This document shows, piece after piece, positions 1 to 10,928 of a stretch of 64,000 bases of DNA. Within the stretch, counting starts at the first letter, position 1. Each line of letters opens with the position of its first letter. The notes below the pieces were generated by a model. The model ran no database searches. It had not been told where the DNA came from and worked only from the letters and a program-made list of their open reading frames with translations. The DNA comes from Myxine glutinosa. Taxonomy: Eukaryota. Location: NCBI RefSeq assembly GCF_040869285.1, contig NC_090432.1, one strand, 5' to 3'. Position numbers and translations under genes: made by a program.

Positions 1-3000
1 CCTCGCTCTGAATGCCCGGCCCGGGAGGCGACATGTCACCTGTGCTCCACCAAGGGCCATTTTGCAAAGGTCTGCAGGAAGGCCGCTCGGGGCACGCATC
101 CCCGCGCGACCTTGAATGGGCTCATCGCGGAGCCAACGGATCGAGCGCCGGACGGGGCGTCTCACTCGGCTTTGAAGAGCCGCTCTCCTTCTCGCGGGCC
201 TCTGGCTACCCGCCCGACCTTGGTGAGATACACCGGGCCGCCGAAACAAATGGCGCGAAAGCGACCGGTCACAGCGCAACCGACCTTGACTGGCGTTCGA
301 ACGCCTACTTCAAACAAGCGACATGCTCCTGCTTTGGAAACTCCTCTCAAAGTGCGGCAAACGCAGCACGTGACACGAGCCCCATCTGACGGCAGCTTTT
401 ACGAATTACATGCACCCACTTTGGCATGTGAATCTGCAGACGGCAGAGATCTTTCCCACGTGACGCGAGCGCCATCTGGCGGCGGCTCTTACGAATTACA
501 TGCACCCACTTTGGCATATGCATCTGCTGAAGGCAGAGATCTTTCTCACGTGGCTCGAGCGCCATCTGGCGGCTGCTCTTACGACCAACACACACCTACT
601 CTGGCGAATGAAACTGCTGATGAGCCAACTGACTTCAATGCTCCTGCTGAGGCCCAACCTGCCGACGCTGCCCGAAGGATTGCAGCCGGCGTGGGATCCA
701 CCCGCGAGGCGCGATCTTCTCGCCCGGCCGGTACTATACCTGCCGGGTCTGCCGGCCTAGCGCAGGCCATCATTCCGCTCACGGTCGCGGGCGTTTTTAC
801 GCAAGCTTTGATTGACACGGGGTCCACGGATAGTTTTATCGATCAGCGACTTGTGCATCAACATGGGTGGCCGGTTCTCGGGACAACCCGCCGGATCTCC
901 ATGGCCTCTCAGGGACTTCGGTTGAGCACAAAAGGGGCGTGTCGATTGAAACTTGTGATAAAGGGACGCACGTTCTCGGACGTGTATCTCATGGTATTAC
1001 CGGCCTTATGCGCTGACGTTCTGTTAGGACTTGATTTCCTTAAACGGCATGGACGTTTGGAAATAGACTTCGGAGGGCCGGACACGCTCGCTGTGTGCGC
1101 CCTCGCTCAAATGGACATGGAGCCACTCTCACTGTTCCCCAACCTGACCACTGATTGTACCCCTGTAGCCGTCAAATCGCGCCGCTACTCTCGCGCGGAC
1201 GCGCAATTCATTGCGGAAGAAACGGCCCTGCTCTTAAAGGACGGTATCATAGAGCACAGTAGGTCACCGTGGCGGGCCCAAGTCTTAGTGGTGCGGAGTG
1301 AGGCCCACCGCCGGCGTATGGTAATCGACTATTCGCAGACGATTAATCGTTTTACACAGCTGGATGCCTACCCCTTACCGGGGATGGACGCCCTGGTACG
1401 CCAGGTGGCCCTGTATTCCGTTTATAGCACTCTCGATCTGCGTAGTGCGTATCATCAAGTCCCCATCTCTAGGGCTGATCGCGTCTTTACAGCCTTTGAA
1501 TCGGGTCAGCGGTTGTACCAGTTCACGAGACTTCCCTTTGGGGTAACGAACGGCGTCGCTTGTTTTCAGAGAGCTATGGACGACCTCGTTGCGAAGGAGA
1601 ATTTGACCGATGTCTTTGTCTATCTGGACAATCTTACGGTTTGTGGGTATGACCAGGAGCATCACGACGCTAATCTGAAACGCTTCCTCGAGGTCGCGCG
1701 GAAATATCGCCTAACCATGAATGCGGCGGAATGTCAATACTCGCTACGCACGGTAGACCTTTTGGGGTACACCGTGACCCATGGCTCCGTCTCTCCGGAT
1801 AAGGAGCGTCTGCGCCCTTTGCTCGATATGGCTCCACCTAGCGATCGGGCTTCGCTGAAACGCGCTCTAGGGCTGTTCGCCCACTACTCAAAGTGGGTGC
1901 AAAATTTCTCCGTGAAGCTCCGCCCCCTCGTGGCCTGCGACACTTTCCCCATGGGCCCGGCCGCCCTGGCGGCCTTCGAGGGCCTTAAAGTCGACATCGC
2001 GGGCGCCGCTGTCGAGACGATTGACGAGAGTGCCTCTTTCGTTTTGGAGAGTGATGCCTCGGATCATGCGATAGCGGCGACTCTCTCCCAAGGAGGCCGC
2101 CCTGTGGCTTTCTTCTTGCGGACACTCACCTCCGCCGAGCGGAGGCATTCGTCTGTCGAAAAGGAAGCGTACGCGATCGTCGAATCAATTCGGCGATGGC
2201 GGCCGTATCTGCTTGGGCGGAGTTTCCAAATCATCACGGACCAACAGAGTGTTGCGTTTATGTACGACACCTTACATGCTCAGCGCATTAAGAATGAGAA
2301 AATCACCCGTTGGCGTATCGAACTCGCCGACTTCTGCTACACCATCAAATACCGCCCGGGGAAGGATAACCTGGTCGCTGACGCCTTATCGAGGCCGGCC
2401 ACTTGCGCGGGGGTTGTAACTTTGGAGGGGCTGCGCACCTTGCACGGCACTATGTGTCATCCCGGGGTAACGCGCTTCGCGCATTTTGTGCGCACGGGCA
2501 ATCTGCCGTACTCGATTGAGGACATCCGCCGCATCTGCCGTGATTGCGCGATCTGTGCGGAACTCAAACCGCGTTTTTATAACCCCCCTATGGGGACACT
2601 CGTTAGGGCTACTAGACCGTGGGAGCGCTTGGCGATGGACTTCAAAGGGCCGCTGCCAATGTCGAGCAACTCTCGCTATCTGCTCACTATCGTCGATGAG
2701 TATTCCCGATTCCCCTTTGCTTACACGTGCGGGGATATGTCGGCTGCCACGGTTATTCGGTGCCTGCAGAATTTGTTTTCTATGTTCGGGTATCCGGCCT
2801 ACGTGCATACCGATCGGGGTGCGGTGTTCCTGTCCCAGGAGGTGAGGGGCTACTTGCTCCAGCATAATGTCGCTTCGAGCTACACCACCCCGTACCGGCC
2901 CCAAGCGAATGGACAGATCGAACGCTTTAATGGGATTATATGGCGGGCCGTCATGCTAAGCCTTCGGACCCTCGGCCGAGGCCTCGATAAATGGGCGTGG

Positions 3001-3156
3001 TCACTACCTGCCGCTCTAAACTCGATCTGGGCTCTCCTATGTACTGCCACCAACCAGACTCCTCACGAACGACTGTTCCACCACCCTAGAAGCTCCGGCA
3101 GTATCCAATCTTTACCCAGCTGGCTCGCTGAACCGGGGCCCGCCTATCTCAAATGA
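1..3156 (+). CDS. Gag(C-terminus)-Pol polyprotein (PR-RT-RNaseH-IN) in a single frame; ends at an in-frame TGA
   Basis: ORF 112..3156 of the track has no upstream stop back to nt 1. Domain motifs are as listed for the element. Confidence 0.85.
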   Translation, partial: PRSECPAREATCHLCSTKGHFAKVCRKAARGTHPRATLNGLIAEPTDRAPDGASHSALKSRSPSRGPLATRPTLVRYTGPPKQMARKRPVTAQPTLTGVRTPTSNKRHAPALETPLKVRQTQHVTRAPSDGSFYELHAPTLACESADGRDLSHVTRAPSGGGSYELHAPTLAYASAEGRDLSHVARAPSGGCSYDQHTPTLANETADEPTDFNAPAEAQPADAARRIAAGVGSTREARSSRPAGTIPAGSAGLAQAIIPLTVAGVFTQALIDTGSTDSFIDQRLVHQHGWPVLGTTRRISMASQGLRLSTKGACRLKLVIKGRTFSDVYLMVLPALCADVLLGLDFLKRHGRLEIDFGGPDTLAVCALAQMDMEPLSLFPNLTTDCTPVAVKSRRYSRADAQFIAEETALLLKDGIIEHSRSPWRAQVLVVRSEAHRRRMVIDYSQTINRFTQLDAYPLPGMDALVRQVALYSVYSTLDLRSAYHQVPISRADRVFTAFESGQRLYQFTRLPFGVTNGVACFQRAMDDLVAKENLTDVFVYLDNLTVCGYDQEHHDANLKRFLEVARKYRLTMNAAECQYSLRTVDLLGYTVTHGSVSPDKERLRPLLDMAPPSDRASLKRALGLFAHYSKWVQNFSVKLRPLVACDTFPMGPAALAAFEGLKVDIAGAAVETIDESASFVLESDASDHAIAATLSQGGRPVAFFLRTLTSAERRHSSVEKEAYAIVESIRRWRPYLLGRSFQIITDQQSVAFMYDTLHAQRIKNEKITRWRIELADFCYTIKYRPGKDNLVADALSRPATCAGVVTLEGLRTLHGTMCHPGVTRFAHFVRTGNLPYSIEDIRRICRDCAICAELKPRFYNPPMGTLVRATRPWERLAMDFKGPLPMSSNSRYLLTIVDEYSRFPFAYTCGDMSAATVIRCLQNLFSMFGYPAYVHTDRGAVFLSQEVRGYLLQHNVASSYTTPYRPQANGQIERFNGIIWRAVMLSLRTLGRGLDKWAWSLPAALNSIWALLCTATNQTPHERLFHHPRSSGSIQSLPSWLAEPGPAYLK
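367..636 (+). repeat. 90-bp tandem repeat x3 inside the gag-pol ORF, encoding a 30-aa repeat (VTRAPSDGSFYELHAPTLA.ESADGRDLSH)
   Basis: Units begin at 367, 457 and 547 (cacgtgac.cgagc.ccatctg.cgg...). All are in frame. Confidence 0.8.
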
Positions 3157-3195
3157 GCGGTTCGCGCTAGCAAGTACGACCCCCTTGTTGACAAG

Positions 3196-3549
3196 GTGCA
3201 GGTCCTCCAGGCTAATCCCGAGCATGCTCGCGTGTTAACGGCGGATGGCCGCGAGTCTACTGTCTCCGTATGCCATCTCGCCCCATGTGGGGACGACGAC
3301 AGGGATATCGACGAACCCGTCTACGAGTCTATGGACTCTTTCGAAACTTCCCCTATGGAACTGCCACTGTTACTCCCGTCGTCCCCCACTCCCGTGCCCG
3401 AAGGCGCAGGGGCGCCCCCTCCGACTCCAACCTCCGGCGGCTATTCCGACGCGGGGGACTCCGGGCTTGGGGACGCCGTGCCCGGTAGATTCCGAACACG
3501 AACTGGCAGGGAGGTTCGCCGCCCCGACCGCTACGGGTGGACCGACTGA
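3196..3549 (+). CDS. Integrase C-terminal GPY/F-like module, same frame as the pol ORF, separated from it by one TGA (3154-3156)
   Basis: VQVLQANPEHARVLTADGRESTVSVCHLAPC resembles the C-terminal GPY/F block of Gypsy/BEL integrases. (3196-1) mod 3 equals (112-1) mod 3, so pol is interrupted by a single stop codon rather than a frameshift. Confidence 0.5.
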   Translation: MQVLQANPEHARVLTADGRESTVSVCHLAPCGDDDRDIDEPVYESMDSFETSPMELPLLLPSSPTPVPEGAGAPPPTPTSGGYSDAGDSGLGDAVPGRFRTRTGREVRRPDRYGWTD

Positions 3550-3961
3550 CGTGGATTGACGTGACCCATTCGTTTATTGCTGATGCTTGCTTGCAACCTG
3601 CCGAGCGGCAGTATAGTTCTAACGGCGGGGAGAATGTAGTGAAATTATACCAAGGTGAACCCAGGGGTGCTCGCTACGGAAGGGGCGTCTATAAGACCCG
3701 GGACAACCGGGGCGCGCGGACACTCCAGTGGAACTCACTGTGACATAGTCCAGTAGTTTGAATGGTATGTACGCCCCAAATGCTGCGCTGACAATGCGCT
3801 GCGCTAACCATTGTTATATTGAATCAACCTTTGCTGCTCATGAAATGCTCTGATTTAATGCCTGTTGCATGCATGTATTCTTACAGGATGTACTGCAGAT
3901 CTAAATGATATTAAACCTACCCAGAGGTCAAGTCGTGTCTGAGCTTGATTTTCACGACAAA

Positions 3962-4947
3962 GGGCATTGCCCGCCCATCGTCATCAGGAGGAGGAGTGAG
4001 CCAGCCCCGATCAAGCAACCAAGAATGAGGGGTTTGGCCTGAGAGGGCGGAGAGAGAACGATCGAGGAAGTTTGTGAAAGTTCCATGGGCGTGGCTATAT
4101 AACCCGTTGCGGAGAGCCCCCAAGAGAGAGTTCAGGGTTCGGCAGAGAGCGGAGAAGAGCTGAGAGTTGTTGAGGAGTTCGGCAGGAGGTTCTGAGTGCT
4201 GAGAGAGACGCACAACCTACAGAGGTACGAGGGAGAGACGACGCTGCTTGGAACAGCTCCTGCGCGCGAAGCTCTGACGCGCTGTTGCGCGTGAACCAGA
4301 TTGCGGTGGAGTCGGCGGCCGCTCACTTCCAGCCCCGACGTCCCGTGTGGGATCAAGCTCCAGCCCTGTGGTCCCACCTTCCTCTCCTTCCAGCCATTCG
4401 TTCCTGCCTTCAAGTTCCCCATTCATGTGAGTCTGCCTGTCGTCTGTCCTTTGTGTTGTCCTGGGAATAAGTAAGCCTGTGTAGATAAGCTAGGAATTGC
4501 TCTATGTCCTTCTGCTCCTTCCATTTCCCTGTAAATTACATTTCTTCGTTCTTCTTTTCTTCCTTTCGTCTTGTGTAAATAATAATAGATATTTGTTCTT
4601 CCTACCTTTGCCTTCTTCTTCATGCTCGTCCAATCGTCCCTGCCTTTTACCCATTGAACACCTGTGGCACGATTTGGCCAACGCTCAGAATCGGGTTAGT
4701 CCATGTTAACGGCCCGCTCACTTCGCTCGGCGTAATCCATTAACGCTGCGGCTCGGGTGGAAATTGTCTCCTCGCTTACGGCCGGCCTTAGTACGCAGGT
4801 ATTTGGGACTTCATTGACTCATGACCCTGGCTACTGCCGACCGGGAGTGACGTCATAGTTTCCAGGACTCACGTCGGTCAGTTACAGACAAGGGGCTAAC
4901 CCCCCCCTTGGTAAGGGGAAAAGGCCGACGTTGAGATCCGTAACAAT
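3962..4947 (+). repeat. LTR copy A (~985 bp): the apparent 3' LTR of the gag-pol element and 5' LTR of the coiled-coil-ORF unit
   Basis: Near-identical (~97%) to 10929-11794 plus 13971-14094. It carries TATATAA at 4096-4102 and ends ...GATCCGTAACAAT, followed by the TGG-initiated PBS-like TGGTGTCGGGGAGTGGG. Confidence 0.75.
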
Positions 4948-7900
4948 TGGTGTCGGGGAGTGGGATTTGAGGCCCGAACCAAATTTTTTATAACATCAAA
5001 AAATTTGGTCAAAATTAAGAGCGCCCGAAATTGTAGAATATCCCAAATTTGAGTCGTGCCATGGATAATCAAGGCAACCGGATGCCAGTAGGGGAGCTAG
5101 AAGAGGGGGTAGAGTCGACCCAGGACCCCAGGGAGGAAATGGAGGAGGAGCGCAATACGCATTCGGTAGCGGGGATTTCAGGCGCACAAGATGGCGGCCT
5201 CGCGCACGAGGTTTCAGGCGCACAAAGGGGCGGCGCTGCGGAGGTCGAGCCCGCGGTGGCGGCGGGGGCCACGCCCGCTGCGCAGATGGGGGTGGTAGAT
5301 TTGCAATCATATATGGACACCTTTATGGTACAAATGAGGGCTTGTATGATAGAGTCAGAGCATAGGATGACTGCTCAGGGTAAACAAGTGAGCGAGCAAC
5401 TGGGTGACCAAATTGGGAAGTTGGACAGTAAATTTGGGGGATTAGAAAACCAAATTGGGGAATTTGAGGAATGATATGGGAAGCCAAATCGGGGGGCTAG
5501 AAGCCAAATTTGAGGGGTTAGACAATAAATTTGAGGGGTTAGACAACAGGTTGGAAGGGCTAGAAGGTAAATTGGGGGGCCAACTGAAGGACGTGGGTAA
5601 TCAAATTGGGGAAATGAAGGATGGGTTAACGGAGTTGGAAAATAGAATGGCCACGCAGGAGAACCAAATGGAAGGGGTGAAGAATGGGTTAGGGGGGTTA
5701 GAAAACACCATGGAAGGCAAACTGAGGGAAATAGGGGAGCAATCCGCCCGGGAAATTAAACAAATGGGGAATCAGATAGAGGAGGTGAAAATCGGGTTAG
5801 AAGGTAAATTGGATGCCCAGAGGAATGATTTGGAACAAATGAGGGCGGCATCTACCAAAGAGATGGGGGAGGAGATAAGGCGAGGTGTGGGCGAAGAGCT
5901 CGCGGGGGTACGCGAGGAGGGAAAGCGGGGTGAGGAGCGCATGGAGAAAGAGGTGAGAAATAGTACGGCTAGGTTACAGGGGGGCATAGAAGACCTGACA
6001 CGGGGAGTAGAACAGCTGACGGTGGGACAAAAGGAATTGGGGGAGCAAGTAGAAAAGAACACTGCGGTAATCGGGGGGTTGAAGGCGACACAGAAAGAAA
6101 TAAAAAAAGAACTTATAGCGACGAAGAGGGAATGTCATATGGTACACGAGGGGTTGACAAAGAGGTTGGACGAGGTGACAGAGGCAATGGAGACAAAAGA
6201 ACGGGAAGTAAGGACGCACATAGAAACGACCAAGGTGGCATTAGAGGAAGAAATTGAGGGGGTGCACCGGGAAATAAAAGAGGTGAAACAAAAATTAGAG
6301 GAGGTGGAAGAGGGGGTGAGTGAAATTAAGAAGAGGGAAGAAGAGACGGAGGGAGACTAAGAGGGAGATAAAGGAGGAGTGATGGATTATGTACAAGGTC
6401 TGTGCTCAAATCGTGATGGTGTGCTTACTGTCCAAATAAAGAGTTTGCAGGTGGCGGAGGAGGAGCGAAGACGAGGTGCCGAGGTGAGTGGCGATGTAAT
6501 CGGAAATGTATATGGTGTGAGGGGAGATTCAGTGGACTTGGGTGTTGGGTTAGACCCGGGCGTTCGTGAGAGGCCGCTGGTAAGGTGTGCGACAGGTACA
6601 GAGTGTGTGGAAAGAGGAGGTGTGCAAGGATGTCCGACTTTGGGGAATGCGGAAGGTATTTGTGAGCCAGCGTGTGCGGCGGTGATCGGGTGTGTGCAAG
6701 AATGCACCCCCATGAGTGGTACGGAGTATGTACCGGGAGAGAGTGCGCAAGAAGGTGCGCGAGAAAGGTGTGGAACGGAGGTGTGTGTGAGGAAGAAGTA
6801 TGCGCCGAGGAGTGAGTGTGCTGTCGAGAGTGAGAGTGAACGCATGACAGAGTGTGGTGGTGAGAGTGACACGGAGTACGAGTTGGTTGTGGCAGGTGAG
6901 AAGGGATGCACACCTGGAAGGGAAGAATGCACACCTGGAATGGTTGTGCGCGTGTGGGAATGTACACCTGAGTTGGTGGTGGTGCGAGAGGGCACATTGA
7001 AGCGCGTGATCGCGTGTGCAGAAGAGTGCGCACCCATGGTTGTCACAGAGGATGTGACCGAGGAGTGGGCACGAGGTGTGTTGATGAAGTGTGCGAACGA
7101 CGAGTGTGTGTCAAGGTGTGCGGTGATCAGGTGTGTGGCGAAGTCTGTGAGCGGAATGAGTGTACCTGGGTGGTGTGTAGGAGAAGGTACAATAACGAAG
7201 AGTATGGAGACACCTGGATGTGTGAATAAGGAACGGAACGCATGGTGTGAGCATGCAAGTGAAGCATCGACGTTAAACGGAGCAGCGGTTAGACTGACGG
7301 TTAGCCGACGCGAGCCCTCGGTCCGTGCCGGGCTTTGGATGCTGCGGCGGGGATCGGTGCAACGTGGCTCCTGTTCGGAGCGCCGCGCACGATCCGGGCC
7401 GGACCTCGCCCTGCACGGTCGCGTCTGCGCTCCGCTAAGCGGAGCGGGCGGCCCGGTGCGAGGGAAGGTAAGAAGGGTCGGCACGGTGCCCCCTTGTGGT
7501 TGCGGCGTCCCGGCCGGGCGAGGTTGGGGCACCGGGCGGGAGACCGGACGGCTCCGCACCGAAGTGGACCTTGGAATCTCGGCCCGAGTAAACCTTCCCT
7601 GAACCGAGTGCCGGACGGATCCAAATGCAGGAAACGAACCACTCGCGTTCATTGCTCGGCTTGGCGAAGCCGAGCTTTGAGAATGTAAGATGCACCGAGG
7701 CTCAAGTTAATGGACATTTGGTAGGGATAGGGAATTTGTGATTGGCAAAATTGATGAGCAAAATTTGATTGGCAGATGATTGGCAAATTTTGGATTGGCA
7801 AGAATTGGAATTTGATGGGCAAAATTGATAGTGGGAGATGCCCGATGTGCAAGGATGGTAAATCCACCATCCCTCACATCCCCCGGGCACATGAGCATTA

Positions 7901-10900
7901 GCTATGGGGTTTTGGCAGTGGAAGCTCGCCGAGGAAGGATTTGGATAACGTATAGGGATCTAGAGAAATGACCATAGGTGACATGAGAGTTAAGTAGCGA
8001 CATGATACCTGTAGTAGGGGACGTAGAATAGATTAGATGGATTATAACGACGAGGGACCGCGATAATATAAGGGGCGACTGGGAAGCGCAAGTCTCAGAA
8101 GGGAGTAGTCAGCTTAGATGATGCAGTGTGTTTGTGGTTTATTGGATGAGGAATTGGAATGGAAGTTTTTGAGGGTGAGCATGTTGAGCAAATGAGGAAT
8201 TGAGGGGCAATGCTCGGGGAAGATGTGTGTATGAGCGTGGGAGAATTTGGGTGCCTGAGGCAATGGTTTGGAGAGTTGCAAGTGTATGGTAAAAAGCGCG
8301 ATTGTGGGTTGTATTGAGCGTGAAAGTGATGCAGCAGTGTATGAGTGAATAATTGTGATTGTGCGTTGTATTGTATTGAATGAAGAAGCCTGGGAGGAAG
8401 GAGGGTGCAGGAAGCACCAGGTGTGTGATTGCACAGGTGTGCAAGTGAACAGGTGTATGGAGAATGGTTGTGTGTTGTATGGAGAATGGTTGAATGACAT
8501 AACTAGTATGAAATGGAGTATGGAATGGATGGTGTGGGGTGAATATGGTGGAAACTGTGGAGTGGAGTGGTTGGTGCGAAGGGAGTGTATGGGGAGGATG
8601 GACCCCTATCACGAATACCCAGGGAGGGTAGTTTAAGAGTTAGGTAGAGGGTATAGGTAAATTGTGGTTGGATATTGGCATCTGTGGTGCGTGTGGAAGA
8701 ATGGTGTTTGGATGGGTGCATTAGTGACGTGGAAATGGCTGGGCGTGTGGCCAGTTAGTGTGTGTAGTTGAATGGGCACTCTGCCACTGTGAGGATGTCG
8801 GCCAGGTGAGGCCGCAGGTGGGCTCTGGGAGCCAATAGAGTTGTTCAGTGGGGCCCGAGGATCCGGAGGATGGACCCGGGTAGCCCAGTGCCAGAGAGGG
8901 CACCGAGAGGAGAGAGCGCCAGAGGGCCTTCCCCAGGTAGATAGGTTCGGGTAAGGAGCAGGTAAGCTCGGAGGCAACTGCAGTGGCGGAGGTGTGCAGG
9001 TGAGTAGACCTGCTGGGAGAGCCACACGACTCAGTCCTGAAATTGTGCAAAGGCACAGGGAGTTGAACCGGGGGAGTGAGACCCCAAATTGATGAGCACC
9101 ATAGTTTGGTCAATGGGAATTGGTTTTTAGAACCGCAGAGTGTAAGATGGCCAATGGTTTTGCAGGGAAAGACCCCGGGTAGTGTAAAGTGTATTAAAGT
9201 CATTTAGAGGATAGTTAGGATTGAGAAATCTCCTCACACCATCTGCATCCACTCACCTGAGGTGATGTAACTCCACACCATGCCATGTTTTGAATATGTT
9301 TTTTTTGTGCAAATATTTTGGAAATGTGAGACGCATCATGACGTGGGTGAGACATTGTGCTGCTTGTTCCATCTCTTCCTCCTTAAGAGGATGGATGATG
9401 AATTGGTGATGGCAAATTTAGACATTGGGATTGTGACAAATTTGGTATTAGGGGAGATATGGGAAGACAGGACGTAGTGACGAATTTGTAAATGTGTAGG
9501 TTTTGTAAATATGGGGTAAGGGCAAGGGTAGAGTAGGTGACAGGGTGGGTGGCGTACGGTAGGGATGAGCTTTCTCACTTCGCTCTCCGTGCGCACCTCG
9601 TTCTGCATTACCTGTGTTGATGTGTACCCTTGCGCCCTTGCCTCGCTAATTCTGCTTTGTCTTCCTTCCCCGACCCATGGATCGTGCTCTCTGGGCACTG
9701 AGGGGGAGCGTGCGGGAGGCCGCGTCTGTGTGCCCGAATTCTCGCTGCCAGCTGCTTGCATCGATGCACCACTTTATGGACCGCCGTTTTGCGGCCAAGC
9801 ACCACAATATGGACCACGGTACTGTGGCCGAGCACCACACTCATGGCCCCACATTTTGGGGCCTGGCACCTCTGCTGGGGACCGGCCATTGTGGCCAGGG
9901 AGATCTTGCTTGCGGACCACGGTAAAGGTGGCACCAAGCCCACAGGTGAACCACTCATAGTCGGCCCCTGTTGGCCATAAAAAAAAAGTGGACGCGTTCT
10001 GTGCCCTTTTATTACCAACTAGGCAGCAAGCAAGAAGTCATCAGGAACATCGGCCCAGCAGCCAAGAACATAGGCCCAGCAGTGAAGACGTCGCAAGTCA
10101 TCTGCTGATTTTTTTTTATTTTATGTGATCTTATGTGATGTGATTATGTGATTATGTGATTATGTGATGTGATTTATGTGATTTTATGTGATGACTGTGC
10201 ATTTTGGTGCTTATTATTGGTGCTCTTTGATTGGTGCTTTGGTGTTTATTGGTGCTGGTGCGTCGATGCAGTGCATGCTGTCTCCTCCCTCCCACAGGAA
10301 TTTCTTTTTGTCTCCCAAAGAGAAAAATGACAGGTCCTGGGTTGCGTTTTGTAAATAATCAGATAACGTCATTTGTAAATAATGTTCCCCACCGTTCATG
10401 TTTAGTTTCAAAATTAAATCCGCAATTCGGTTAGCTGTGGGTGTGAATCTGTTAGGCAGGGTGCAACGCAACAGCGGGACATATTTATTTGTGTTTTAAA
10501 ATTGTTGCACTCAGGGTCAGCTTAATTGTAGAGGGAATTACACCTGCGTGTCACACGAAGTTAAAGTTTTGTCGGCCCGAGACGTGCCGTGAGGAATGAG
10601 GGTGCTGTGTTGCGGTTTCTAGAACCTTCACTTTATCAAATTTAGCATTAAAATCCCTAATAACCCCCCTTTGTACATTTCCCCCTTAATTGGCTGTTAA
10701 TTGAAATGAGTGCACCTTAGCTAGTCCATGTACAAGCACGTACCCAATCATAGAACCTCTCAATAGTTATTTCTTTAGTCTGTGTATCAGTATAAGGCTC
10801 TGTTTTCCACTAGTTGACCTTGCGCTGCACCAAATCAAATAAGATAGATCCCCTTTCAATGGCCCCAGAACCTCCTTTACCAACTGCATTTACCCTCCAT

Positions 10901-10928
10901 CGCACATGTGCTACAACTCAAAGAAGAA
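4948..10928 (+). mobile_element. Internal region of the non-autonomous LTR-flanked 'coiled-coil ORF' repeat unit, copy 1
   Basis: Homologous end to end with the reverse complement of 47990-53740 and partly with 59227-62180. It has a PBS-like sequence at its 5' end and a purine tract (caaagaagaaggg) before the downstream LTR. No RT or IN is present. Confidence 0.65.
5049..6360 (+). pseudogene. Coiled-coil ORF_A, copy 1, split by a frameshift near 5455-5474 (ORFs 5049..5474 and 5455..6360)
   Basis: Together the two ORFs align along their full length with the intact 484-aa ORF at 52204..53658 (-). There is a 7-aa/21-nt KFEGLDN repeat array and long heptad-like E/K/L periodicity. Confidence 0.55.

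Larger units (their letters stand above)
1..3960 (+). mobile_element. LTR retrotransposon internal region (gag C-terminus + pol + 3' UTR), 5'-truncated by the window edge; Ty3/Gypsy- or BEL/Pao-like
   Basis: One frame is open from nt 1 to the TGA at 3154. It contains a CCHC knuckle (CHLCSTKGHFAKVC, nt ~25-80), protease LIDTGSTDSFID (~810-845), an RT core (VFVYLDNLTV, ~1610-1640), RNaseH (ESDASDHAIAATLSQ), the RH-IN linker motif (KDNLVADALSR) and an IN HHCC finger (HPGVTRF...CRDCAICA). A purine run ('cgacaaaggg') precedes the downstream LTR. Confidence 0.85.

Noticed and set aside
6379-7652. 407-aa Cys/Val-rich '+' ORF and 421-aa antisense ORF
   Set aside because: This is GT/GA-rich low-complexity DNA (gtgtgtg, gagtg repeats). 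The only counterpart in copy 2 is the fragmented 184-aa ORF 51663..52217, with no intact equivalent. It is probably non-coding.
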